From Eledone cirrhosa (Eukaryota), in assembly GCA_964016885.1 (NCBI GenBank), contig OZ024744.1:21080001-21144000 (forward strand): 64,000 nucleotides of DNA. The letters run 5' to 3'. Shown here piece after piece: positions 41,471-55,600 of the stretch. Within the stretch, counting starts at the first letter, position 1. Each line of letters begins with the position of its first letter. A model generated the notes under the pieces. The model made no database searches, was not told the DNA's origin, and worked only from the letters and a program-made list of their open reading frames with translations. Both the position numbers and the translations under genes were made by a program.

Positions 41471-43689
41471 AACAGTTGAATCTTAAGACAAAACTCGTTT
41501 TAACAACAGTTGAATCTTAAGAACTGACTTGTTCTAACAACAGTTCAGCCTAAAGAACTGACTCGTTTTAAAACAGTTGAATCGTTAGAACTGACTCGTT
41601 CTAACAACAGTTGAATCTTAAAATAAAACTCGTTTTAACAATAGTTGAATCTCAAGAACTGACTCGTTTTAGCAACAGTTGAATCTTAAGATAACACTCG
41701 TTTTCATAACAGTTGAATCTTAAGAACTGTCTCGTTTTAACAACAGTTGAATTTTAAGATAAACCTCGTTTTGACAACAGTTGAATCTTAAGAACTGACT
41801 CGTTTTAACAACAGTTAAATCTTAATAACTGACTCGATTTAACAACAGTTGAATGTTAAGATAAAACTCGTTTTAACAATAGTTGAATCTTAAGAACTGA
41901 CTCGTTTTAACAACAGTTGAATCTTAAGATAAAACTCGTTTTAACAACTGTTGAATCTTAAGAACTGACTCGTTTTAACAACAGCTGAATCTTAAGATAA
42001 AACTCGTTTTAACAACAGTTGAATCTTAAGAACTGACTCGTTTTAACAACAGTTGAATCTTAAGAACTGACTCGTTTTAACAACAGTTGAATGTTAAGAT
42101 AAAACTCGTTTTAACAATAGTGGAATCTTAAGAACTGACTCGTTTTAACAACAGTTGAATCTTAAGATAAAACTTGTTTTAACAACAGTTGAATCTTAAG
42201 AACTGACTCGTTTTAACAACAGCTGAATCTTAAGATAAAACTCGTTTTAACAACAGTTCAAACTTAAGAAATGACTCGTTTTAACAAAAGTTGAATCTTA
42301 TGAACTCACTCATTTTAACAACAGTTGAATCTTAAGATAACATTCGTTTTAACAACAGTTGAATCTTAAGAACTGACTCGTTTTAACAACAGCTGAATCT
42401 TAAGATAAAACTCGTTTTAACAACAGTTCAAACTTAAGAAATGACTCGTTTTAAGAAAAGTTGAATCTTATGAACTCACTCATTTTAACAACAGTTGAAT
42501 CTTAAGATAACATTCGTTTTAACAACAGTTGAATCTTAAGAACTGATTCGTTTTAACAACAGTTGAATCTTAAGATAAAACTCGTTTTAACAACAGTTGA
42601 ATCTTAAGAACGGACTCGTTTTAACAACAGCTGAATCTTAAGATAAAACTCGTTTTAACAACAGTTGAATCTTAAGAACTGATTCGTTTTAACAACAGTT
42701 CAAACTTAAGAACTGATTCGTTTTAACAACAGTTGAATCTTAAAATAAAACTCGTTTTAACAACAGTTGAATCTTAAGATAACATTCGTTTTAACAACAG
42801 TTGAATCTTAAGAACTGACTCGTTTTAACAACAGTTGAATCTTAAGATAAAACTCGTTTTAACAACAGTTGAATCTTAAGAACTGACTCGTTTTAACGAC
42901 AGCTGAATCTTAAGATAAATCTCGTTTTAACAACAGTTGAATCTTAAAGATAAAACTCGCTTTAACAACAGTTGAATCTTAAGAACTGACTCGTTTTAAC
43001 AACAGTTGAATCTTAAGAAAAAACCCGTTTTAACAACAGTTGAATATTAAGAACTGTCTCGTTTTAACAACAGTTGAATGTTAAGATAAAACTCGTTTTA
43101 ACAATAGTTGTATCTTAAGAACTGACTCGTTTTAACAACAGTTGAATCTTCAAATAAAACTCGTTTTAACAACAGTTGAATCTTAAGAACTGACTCGTTT
43201 TAACAACAGTTGAATGTTAAGATAAAACTCGTTTTAACAATAGTGGAATCTTAAGAACTGACTCGTTTTAACAACAGTTGAATCTTAAGATAAAACTCGT
43301 TTTAACAACAGTTGAATCTTAAGAACTGACTCGTTTTAACGACAGATGAATCTTAAGATAAAACTCGTTTTAACAACAGTTCAAACTTAAGAAATGACTC
43401 GTTTTAAGAAAAGTTGAATCTTATGAACTCACTCATTTTAACAACAGTTGAATCTTAAGATAACATTCGTTTTAACAACAGTTGAATCTTAAGAACTGAT
43501 TCGTTTTAACAACAGTTGAATCTTAAGATAAAACTCGTTTTAACAACAGTTGAATCTTAAGAACGGACTCGTTTTAACAACAGCTGAATCTTAAGATAAA
43601 ACTCGTTTTAACAACAGTTGAATCTTAAGAACTGATTCGTTTTAACAACAGTTCAAACTTAAGAACTGATTCGTTTTAACAACAGTTGA

Positions 43690-46600
43690 ATCTTATGAAC
43701 TGACTCATTTTAACAACAGTTGAATCTTAAGATAACATTCGTTTTAACAACAGTTGAATCTTAAGAACTGACTCGTTTTAACAACAGTTGAATCTTAAGA
43801 TAAAACTCGTTTTAACAACAGTTGAATCTTAAGAACTGACTCGTTTTAACGACAGCTGAATCTTAAGATAAATCTCGTTTTAACAAGAGTTGAATCTTAA
43901 AGATAAAACTCGCTTTAACAACAGTTGAATCTTAAGAACTGACTCGTTTTAACAACAGTTGAATCTTAAGACAAAACCCGTTTTAACAACAGTTGAATAT
44001 TAAGAACTGTCTCGTTTTAACAACAGTTGAATTTTAAGATAAAACTCGTTTTAACAATAGTTGTATCTTAAGAACTGACTCGTTTTAACAACAGTTGAAT
44101 CTTCAAATAAAACTCGTTTTAACAACAGTTGAATCTTAAGAACTGACTCGTTTTAACAACAGTTGAATGTTAAGATAAAACTCGTTTTAACAATAGTGGA
44201 ATCTTAAGAACTGACTCGTTTTAACAACAGTTGAATCTTAAGATAAAACTCGTTTTAACAACAGTTGAATCTTAAGAACTGACTCGTTTTAACGACAGAT
44301 GAATCTTAAGATAAAACTCGTTTTAACAACAGTTCAAACTTAAGAAATGACTCGTTTTAACAACAGTTGAATCTTATGAACTGACTCATTTTAACAACAG
44401 TTGAATCTTAAGAACTGATTCGTTTTAACAACAGTTGAATCTTAAGATAAAACTCGTTTTAACAACAGTTGAATCTTAAGAACTGACTCGTTTTAACAAC
44501 AGCTGAATCTTAAGATAAAACTCGTTTTAACAACAGTTGATTCTTAAGAACTGACTCGTTTTAACAACAGCTGAATCTTAAGATAAAACTCGTTTTAACA
44601 ACAGTTGAATCTTAAGATAAAACTCGTTTTAACAACAGTTGAATCTTAAGAACTGACTCGTTTTAACAACAGTTGAATCTTAAGATAAAACTCGTTTTAA
44701 CAACAGTTGAATCTTATGAACTAACTCATTTTAACAACAGTTGAATCTTAAGTTAAGAATCGTTTTAACAACAGTTGAATCTTAAGAACTGACTCGTTTT
44801 AACGACAGCTGAATCTTAAGATAAAACTCGTTTTAACAACAGTTGGATCTTAAGAACTGACTCGTTTTAACAACAGTTGAATCTTACGATAAAACTCGTT
44901 TTAACAACAGTTGAATCTTATGAACTAACTCATTTTAACAACAGTTGAATCTTAAGTTAAGACTCGTTTTAACAACAGTTGAATCTTAAGAACTGACTCG
45001 TTTTAACAACAGTTGAATCTTAAGACAAAACCCGTTTTAACAACAGTTGAATCTTAAGAACTGACTTGTTCTAACAACAGTTCAGCCTTAAGAACTGACT
45101 CGTTTTAACAACAGTTGAATCTTAAGATAAACCTCGTTTTAACAACAGTTTAATCTTAAGAACTGACTCGTTTTAACAATAGTTGAATCTCAAGAACTGA
45201 CTCGTTTTAGCAACAGTTGAATCTTAAGATAACACTCGTTTTCATAACAGTTGAATCTTAAGAACTGTCTCGTTTTAACAACAGTTGAATTTTAAGATAA
45301 ACCTCGTTTTGACAACAGTTGAATCTTAAGAACTGACTCGTTTTAACAACAGTTAAATCTTAATAACTGACTCGATTTAACAACAGTTGAATGTTAAGAT
45401 AAAACTCGTTTTAACAATAGTTGAATCTTAAGAACTGACTCGTTTTAACAACAGTTGAATATTAAGATAAAACTCGTTTTAACAACTGTTGAATCTTAAG
45501 AACTGACTCGTTTTAACAACAGCTGAATCTTAAGATAAAACTCGTTTTAACAACAGTTGAATCTTAAGAAATGACTCGTTTTAACAACAGTTGAATCTTA
45601 AGAACTGACTCGTTTTAACAACAGTTGAATGTTAAGATAAAACTCGTTTTAACAATAGTGGAATCTTAAGAACTGACTCGTTTTAACAACAGTTGAATCT
45701 TAAGATAAAACTTGTTTTAACAACAGTTGAATCTTAAGAACTGACTCGTTTTAACAACAGCTGAATCTTAAGATAAAACTCGTTTTAACAACAGTTCAAA
45801 CTTAAGAAATGACTCGTTTTAACAAAAGTTGAATCTTATGAACTCACTCATTTTAACAACAGTTGAATCTTAAGATAACATTCGTTTTAACAACAGTTGA
45901 ATCTTAAGAACTGATTCGTTTTAACAACAGTTGAATCTTAAGATAAAACTCGTTTTAACAACACGTGAATCTTAAGAACGGACTCGTTTTAACAACACCT
46001 GAATCTTAAGATAAAACTCGTTTTAACAACAGTTGAATCTTAAGAACTGATTCGTTTTAACAACAGTTCAAACTTAAGAACTGACTCATTTTAACAACAG
46101 TTGAATCTTATGAACTGACTCATTTTAACAACAGTTGAATCTTAAGATAACATTCGTTTTAACAACAGTTGAATCTTAAGAACTGACTCGTTTTAACAAC
46201 AGTTGAATCTTAAGATAAAACTCGTTTTAACAACAGTTGAATCTTAAGAACTGACTCGTTTTAACGACAGGTGAATCTTAAGATAAATCTCGTTTTAACA
46301 AGAGTTGAATCTTAAAGATAAAACTCGCTTTAACAACAGTTGAATCTTAAGAACTGACTCGTTTTAACAACAGTTGAATCTTAAGACAAAACCCGTTTTA
46401 ACAACAGTTGAATATTAAGAACTGTCTCGTTTTAACAACAGTTGAATTTTAAGATAAAACTCGTTTTAACAATAGTTGTATCTTAAGAACTGACTCGTTT
46501 TAACAACAGTTGAATCTTCAAATAAAACTCGTTTTAACAACAGTTGAATCTTAAGAACTGACTCGTTTTAACAACAGTTGAATGTTAAGATAAAACTCGT

Positions 46601-49600
46601 TTTAACAATAGTGGAATCTTAAGAACTGACTCGTTTTAACAACAGTTGAATCTTAAGATAAAACTCGTTTTAACAACAGTTGAATCTTAAGAACTGACTC
46701 GTTTTAACGACAGATGAATCTTAAGATAAAACTCGTTTTAACAACAGTTCAAACTTAAGAAATGACTCGTTTTAACAACAGTTGAATCTTATGAACTGAC
46801 TCATTTTAACAACAGTTGAATCTTAAGAACTGATTCGTTTTAACAACAGTTGAATCTTAAGATAAAACTCGTTTTAACAACAGTTGAATCTTAAGAACTG
46901 ACTCGTTTTAACAACAGCTGAATCTTAAGATAAAACTCGTTTTAACAACAGTTGATTCTTAAGAACTGACTCGTTTTAACAACAGCTGAATCTTAAGATA
47001 AAACTCGTTTTAACAACAGTTGAATCTTAAGATAAAACTCGTTTTAACAACAGTTGAATCTTAAGAACTGACTCGTTTTAACAACAGTTGAATCTTAAGA
47101 TAAAACTCGTTTTAACAACAGTTGAATCTTATGAACTAACTCATTTTAACAACAGTTGAATCTTAAGTTAAGAATCGTTTTAACAACAGTTGAATCTTAA
47201 GAACTGACTCGTTTTAACGACAGCTGAATCTTAAGATAAAACTCGTTTTAACAACAGTTGGATCTTAAGAACTGACTCGTTTTAACAACAGTTGAATCTT
47301 ACGATAAAACTCGTTTTAACAACAGTTGAATCTTATGAACTAACTCATTTTAACAACAGTTGAATCTTAAGTTAAGACTCGTTTTAACAACAGTTGAATC
47401 TTAAGAACTGACTCGTTTTAACAACAGTTGAATCTTAAGACAAAACCCGTTTTAACAACAGTTGAATCTTAAGAACTGACTTGTTCTAACAACAGTTCAG
47501 CCTTAAGAACTGACTCGTTTTAACAACAGTTGAATCTTAAGATAAACCTCGTTTTAACAACAGTTTAATCTTAAGAACTGACTCGTTTTAACAATAGTTG
47601 AATCTCAAGAACTGACTCGTTTTAGCAACAGTTGAATCTTAAGATAACACTCGTTTTCATAACAGTTGAATCTTAAGAACTGTCTCGTTTTAACAACAGT
47701 TGAATTTTAAGATAAACCTCGTTTTGACAACAGTTGAATCTTAAGAACTGACTCGTTTTAACAACAGTTAAATCTTAATAACTGACTCGATTTAACAACA
47801 GTTGAATGTTAAGATAAAACTCGTTTTAACAATAGTTGAATCTTAAGAACTGACTCGTTTTAACAACAGTTGAATATTAAGATAAAACTCGTTTTAACAA
47901 CTGTTGAATCTTAAGAACTGACTCGTTTTAACAACAGCTGAATCTTAAGATAAAACTCGTTTTAACAACAGTTGAATCTTAAGAACTGACTCGTTTTAAC
48001 AACAGTTGAATCTTAAGAACTGACTCGTTTTAACAACAGTTGAATGTTAAGATAAAACTCGTTTTAACAATAGTGGAATCTTAAGAACTGACTCGTTTTA
48101 ACAACAGTTGAATCTTAAGATAAAACTTGTTTTAACAACAGTTGAATCTTAAGAACTGACTCGTTTTAACAACAGCTGAATCTTAAGATAAAACTCGTTT
48201 TAACAACAGTTCAAACTTAAGAAATGACTCGTTTTAACAAAAGTTGAATCTTATGAACTCACTCATTTTAACAACAGTTGAATCTTAAGATAACATTCGT
48301 TTTAACAACAGTTGAATCTTAAGAACTGATTCGTTTTAACAACAGTTGAATCTTAAGATAAAACTCGTTTTAACAACACGTGAATCTTAAGAACGGACTC
48401 GTTTTAACAACACCTGAATCTTAAGATAAAACTCGTTTTAACAACAGTTGAATCTTAAGAACTGATTCGTTTTAACAACAGTTCAAACTTAAGAACTGAC
48501 TCATTTTAACAACAGTTGAATCTTATGAACTGACTCATTTTAACAACAGTTGAATCTTAAGATAACATTCGTTTTAACAACAGTTGAATCTTAAGAACTG
48601 ACTCGTTTTAACAACAGTTGAATCTTAAAGATAAAACTCGTGTCGACAACAGTTGAATCTTAAGAACTGACTCGTTTTAACAACAGCTGAATCTTAAGAT
48701 AAAACCCGTTTTAACAACAGTTGAATCTTAAGATAAAACTCGTTTTAACAACAGTTGAATCTCAAGAACTGACTCGTTTTAACGACAGCTGAATCTTAAG
48801 ATAAAACTCGTTTTAACAACAGTTCAAACTTAAGAAATGACTCGTTTTAACAACAGTTGAATCTTATGAACTGACTCATTTTAACAACAGTTGAATCTTA
48901 AGAACTGATTCGTTTTAACAACAGCTGAATCTTAAGATAAAACTCGTTTTAACAACAGTTGAATCTTAAGAACTGACTCGTTTTAACAACAGCTGAATCT
49001 TAAGATAAAACTCGTTTTAACAACAGTTGAATCTTAAGAACTGACTCGTTTTAACAACAGCTGAATCTTAAGATAAAACTCGTTTTAACAATAGTTGAAT
49101 CTTAAGATAAAACTCGTTTTAACAACAGTTGAATCTTAAGAACTGACTCTTTTTAACAACAGTTGAATCTTAAGATAAAACTCGTTTTAACAACAGTTGA
49201 ATCTTATGAGCTAACTCATTTTAACAACAGTTGAATCTTAAGTTAAGACTCGTTTTAACAACAGTTGAATCTTAAGAACTGACTCGTTTTAACAACAGCT
49301 GAATCTTAAGATAAAACTCGTTTTAACAACAGTTGAATCTTAAGAACAGACTCGTTTTAACAACAGCTGAATCTTAAGATAAAATTCGTTTTAACAACAG
49401 TTGAATCTTAAGATAAAACTCGTTTTAACAACAGTTGAATCTTAAGTACTGACTCGTTTTAACAACAGTTGAATCTTAAGATAAAACTCGTTTTAACAAC
49501 AGTTGAATCTTATGAGCTAACTCATTTTAACAACAGTTGAATCTTAAGTTAAGACTCGTTTTAACAACAGTTGAATCTTAAGAACTGACTCGTTTTAACG

Positions 49601-52600
49601 ACAGCTGAATCTTAAGACAAAACCCGTTTTAACAACAGTTGAATCTTAAGAACTGTCTCGTTTTAACAACAGTTGAATCTTAAGATAAACCTCGTTTTAA
49701 CAACAGTTTAATCTTAAGAACTGACTCGTTTTAACAACAGTTGAATCTTAAGACAAAACTCGTTTTAACAACAGTTGAATCTTAAGAACTGACTTGTTCT
49801 AACAACAGTTCAGCCTTAAGAACTGACTCGTTTTAAAACAGTTGAATCGTTAGAACTGACTCGTTTTAACAACAGTTGAATCTTAAAATAAAACTCGTTT
49901 TAACAATAGTTGAATCTCAAGAACTGACTCGTTTTAGCAACAGTTGAATCTTAAGATAACACTCGTTTTCATAACAGTTGAATCTTAAGAACTGTCTCGT
50001 TTTAACAACAGTTGAATTTTAAGATAAACCTCGTTTTGACAACAGTTGAATCTTAAGAACTGACTCGTTTTAACAACAATTAAATCTTAATAACTGACTC
50101 GTTTTAACAACAGTTGAATGTTAAGATAAAACTCGTTTTAACAACAGTTGAATCTTAATTACTGACTCGTTTTAACAACAGTTGAATCTTAAGAACTGAC
50201 TCGTTTTAACGACAGCTGAATCTTAAGATAAAACTCGTTTTAACAACAGTTGGATCTTAAGAACTGACTCGTTTTAACAACAGTTGAATCTTACGATAAA
50301 ACTCGTTTTAACAACAGTTGAATCTTATGAACTAACTCATTTTAACAACAGTTGAATCTTAAGTTAAGACTCGTTTTAACAACAGTTGAATCTTAAGAAC
50401 TGACTCGTTTTAACAACAGTTGAATCTTAAGACAAAACCCGTTTTAACAACAGTTGAATCTTAAGAACTGACTTGTTCTAACAACAGTTCAGCCTTAAGA
50501 ACTGACTCGTTTTAACAACAGTTGAATCTTAAGATAAACCTCGTTTTAACAACAGTTTAATCTTAAGAACTGACTCGTTTTAACAATAGTTGAATCTCAA
50601 GAACTGACTCGTTTTAGCAACAGTTGAATCTTAAGATAACACTCGTTTTCATAACAGTTGAATCTTAAGAACTGTCTCGTTTTAACAACAGTTGAATTTT
50701 AAGATAAACCTCGTTTTGACAACAGTTGAATCTTAAGAACTGACTCGTTTTAACAACAGTTAAATCTTAATAACTGACTCGATTTAACAACAGTTGAATG
50801 TTAAGATAAAACTCGTTTTAACTATAGTTGAATCTTAAGAACTGACTCGTTTTAACAACAGTTGAATATTAAGATAAAACTCGTTTTAACAACTGTTGAA
50901 TCTTAAGAACTGACTCGTTTTAACAACAGCTGAATCTTAAGATAAAACTCGTTTTAACAACAGTTGAATCTTAAGAAATGACTCGTTTTAACAACAGTTG
51001 AATCTTAAGAACTGACTCGTTTTAACAACAGTTGAATGTTAAGATAAAACTCGTTTTAACAATAGTGGAATCTTAAGAACTGACTCGTTTTAACAACAGT
51101 TGAATCTTAAGATAAAACTTGTTTTAACAACAGTTGAATCTTAAGAACTGACTCGGTTTAACAACAGCTGAATCTTAAGATAAAACTCGTTTTAACAACA
51201 GTTCAAACTTAAGAAATGACTCGTTTTAACAAAAGTTGAATCTTATGAACTCACTCATTTTAACAACAGTTGAATCTTAAGATAACATTCGTTTTAACAA
51301 CAGTTGAATCTTAAGAACTGATTCGTTTTAACAACAGTTGAATCTTAAGATAAAACTCGTTTTAACAACACGTGAATCTTAAGAACGGACTCGTTTTAAC
51401 AACACCTGAATCTTAAGATAAAACTCGTTTTAACAACAGTTGAATCTTAAGAACTGATTCGTTTTAACAACAGTTCAAACTTAAGAACTGACTCATTTTA
51501 ACAACAGTTGAATCTTATGAACTGACTCATTTTAACAACAGTTGAATCTTAAGATAACATTCGTTTTAACAACAGTTGAATCTTAAGAACTGACTCGTTT
51601 TAACAACAGTTGAATCTTAAGATAAAACTCGTTTTAACAACAGTTGAATCTTAAGAACTGACTCGTTTTAACGACAGCTGAATCTTAAGATAAATCTCGT
51701 TTTAACAAGAGTTGAATCTTAAAGATAAAACTCGCTTTAACAACAGTTGAATCTTAAGAACTGACTCGTTTTAACAACAGTTGAATCTTAAGACAAAACC
51801 CGTTTTAACAACAGTTGAATATTAAGAACTGTCTCGTTTTAACAACAGTTGAATTTTAAGATAAAACTCGTTTTAACAATAGTTGTATCTTAAGAACTGA
51901 CTCGTTTTAACAACAGTTGAATCTTCAAATAAAACTCGTTTTAACAACAGTTGAATCTTAAGAACTGACTCGTTTTAACAACAGTTGAATGTTAAGATAA
52001 AACTCGTTTTAACAATAGTGGAATCTTAAGAACTGACTCGTTTTAACAACAGTTGAATCTTAAGATAAAACTCGTTTTAACAACAGTTGAATCTTAAGAA
52101 CTGACTCGTTTTAACGACAGATGAATCTTAAGATAAAACTCGTTTTAACAACAGTTCAAACTTAAGAAATGACTCGTTTTAACAACAGTTGAATCTTATG
52201 AACTGACTCATTTTAACAACAGTTGAATCTTAAGAACTGATTCGTTTTAACAACAGTTGAATCTTAAGATAAAACTCGTTTTAACAACAGTTGAATCTTA
52301 AGAACTGACTCGTTTTAACAACAGCTGAATCTTAAGATAAAACTCGTTTTAACAACAGTTGATTCTTAAGAACTGACTCGTTTTAACAACAGCTGAATCT
52401 TAAGATAAAACTCGTTTTAACAACAGTTGAATCTTAAGATAAAACTCGTTTTAACAACAGTTGAATCTTAAGAACTGACTCGTTTTAACAACAGTTGAAT
52501 CTTAAGATAAAACTCGTTTTAACAACAGTTGAATCTTATGAACTAACTCATTTTAACAACAGTTGAATCTTAAGTTAAGAATCGTTTTAACAACAGTTGA

Positions 52601-55600
52601 ATCTTAAGAACTGACTCGTTTTAACGACAGCTGAATCTTAAGATAAAACTCGTTTTAACAACAGTTGGATCTTAAGAACTGACTCGTTTTAACAACAGTT
52701 GAATCTTACGATAAAACTCGTTTTAACAACAGTTGAATCTTATGAACTAACTCATTTTAACAACAGTTGAATCTTAAGTTAAGACTCGTTTTAACAACAG
52801 TTGAATCTTAAGAACTGACTCGTTTTAACAACAGTTGAATCTTAAGACAAAACCCGTTTTAACAACAGTTGAATCTTAAGAACTGACTTGTTCTAACAAC
52901 AGTTCAGCCTTAAGAACTGACTCGTTTTAACAACAGTTGAATCTTAAGATAAACCTCGTTTTAACAACAGTTTAATCTTAAGAACTGACTCGTTTTAACA
53001 ATAGTTGAATCTCAAGAACTGACTCGTTTTAGCAACAGTTGAATCTTAAGATAACACTCGTTTTCATAACAGTTGAATCTTAAGAACTGTCTCGTTTTAA
53101 CAACAGTTGAATTTTAAGATAAACCTCGTTTTGACAACAGTTGAATCTTAAGAACTGACTCGTTTTAACAACAGTTAAATCTTAATAACTGACTCGATTT
53201 AACAACAGTTGAATGTTAAGATAAAACTCGTTTTAACAATAGTTGAATCTTAAGAACTGACTCGTTTTAACAACAGTTGAATATTAAGATAAAACTCGTT
53301 TTAACAACTGTTGAATCTTAAGAACTGACTCGTTTTAACAACAGCTGAATCTTAAGATAAAACTCGTTTTAACAACAGTTGAATCTTAAGAACTGACTCG
53401 TTTTAACAACAGTTGAATCTTAAGAACTGACTCGTTTTAACAACAGTTGAATGTTAAGATAAAACTCGTTTTAACAATAGTGGAATCTTAAGAACTGACT
53501 CGTTTTAACAACAGTTGAATCTTAAGATAAAACTTGTTTTAACAACAGTTGAATCTTAAGAACTGACTCGTTTTAACAACAGCTGAATCTTAAGATAAAA
53601 CTCGTTTTAACAACAGTTCAAACTTAAGAAATGACTCGTTTTAACAAAAGTTGAATCTTATGAACTCACTCATTTTAACAACAGTTGAATCTTAAGATAA
53701 CATTCGTTTTAACAACAGTTGAATCTTAAGAACTGATTCGTTTTAACAACAGTTGAATCTTAAGATAAAACTCGATTTAACAACACGTGAATCTTAAGAA
53801 CGGACTCGTTTTAACAACACCTGAATCTTAAGATAAAACTCGTTTTAACAACAGTTGAATCTTAAGAACTGATTCGTTTTAACAACAGTTCAAACTTAAG
53901 AACTGACTCATTTTAACAACAGTTGAATCTTATGAACTGACTCATTTTAACAACAGTTGAATCTTAAGATAACATTCGTTTTAACAACAGTTGAATCTTA
54001 AGAACTGACTCGTTTTAACAACAGTTGAATCTTAAAGATAAAACTCGTGTCGACAACAGTTGAATCTTAAGAACTGACTCGTTTTAACAACAGCTGAATC
54101 TTAAGATAAAACTCGTTTTAACAACAGTTGAATCTTAAGATAAAACTTGTTTTAACAACAGTTGAATCTCAAGAACTGACTCGTTTTAACGACAGCTGAA
54201 TCTTAAGATAAACCTCGTTTTAACAACAGTTCAAACTTAAGAAATGACTCGTTTTAACAACAGTTGAATCTTATGAACTGACTCATTTTAACAACAGTTG
54301 AATCTTAAGAACTGATTCGTTTTAACAACAGCTGAATCTTAAGATAAAACTCGTTTTAACAACAGTTGAATCTTAATTACTGACTCGTTTTAACAACAGC
54401 TGAATCTTAAGAACTGACTCGTTTTAACGACAGCTGAATCTTAAGATAAAACTCGTTTTAACAACAGTTGGATCTTAAGAACTGACTCGTTTTAACAACA
54501 GTTGAATCTTACGATAAAACTCGTTTTAACAACAGTTGAATCTTATGAACTAACTCATTTTAACAACAGTTGAATCTTAAGTTAAGACTCGTTTTAACAA
54601 CAGTTGAATCTTAAGAACTGACTCGTTTTAACAACAGTTGAATCTTAAGACAAAACCCGTTTTAACAACAGTTGAATCTTAAGAACTGACTTGTTCTAAC
54701 AACAGTTCAGCCTTAAGAACTGACTCGTTTTAACAACAGTTGAATCTTAAGATAAACCTCGTTTTAACAACAGTTTAATCTTAAGAACTGACTCGTTTTA
54801 ACAATAGTTGAATCTCAAGAACTGACTCGTTTTAGCAACAGTTGAATCTTAAGATAACACTCGTTTTCATAACAGTTGAATCTTAAGAACTGTCTCGTTT
54901 TAACAACAGTTGAATTTTAAGATAAACCTCGTTTTGACAACAGTTGAATCTTAAGAACTGACTCGTTTTAACAACAGTTAAATCTTAATAACTGACTCGA
55001 TTTAACAACAGTTGAATGTTAAGATAAAACTCGTTTTAACAATAGTTGAATCTTAAGAACTGACTCGTTTTAACAACAGTTGAATATTAAGATAAAACTC
55101 GTTTTAACAACTGTTGAATCTTAAGAACTGACTCGTTTTAACAACAGCTGAATCTTAAGATAAAACTCGTTTTAACAACAGTTGAATCTTAAGAAATGAC
55201 TCGTTTTAACAACAGTTGAATCTTAAGAACTGACTCGTTTTAACAACAGTTGAATGTTAAGATAAAACTCGTTTTAACAATAGTGGAATCTTAAGAACTG
55301 ACTCGTTTTAACAACAGTTGAATCTTAAGATAAAACTTGTTTTAACAACAGTTGAATCTTAAGAACTGACTCGTTTTAACAACAGCTGAATCTTAAGATA
55401 AAACTCGTTTTAACAACAGTTCAAACTTAAGAAATGACTCGTTTTAACAAAAGTTGAATCTTATGAACTCACTCATTTTAACAACAGTTGAATCTTAAGA
55501 TAACATTCGTTTTAACAACAGTTGAATCTTAAGAACTGATTCGTTTTAACAACAGTTGAATCTTAAGATAAAACTCGTTTTAACAACACGTGAATCTTAA

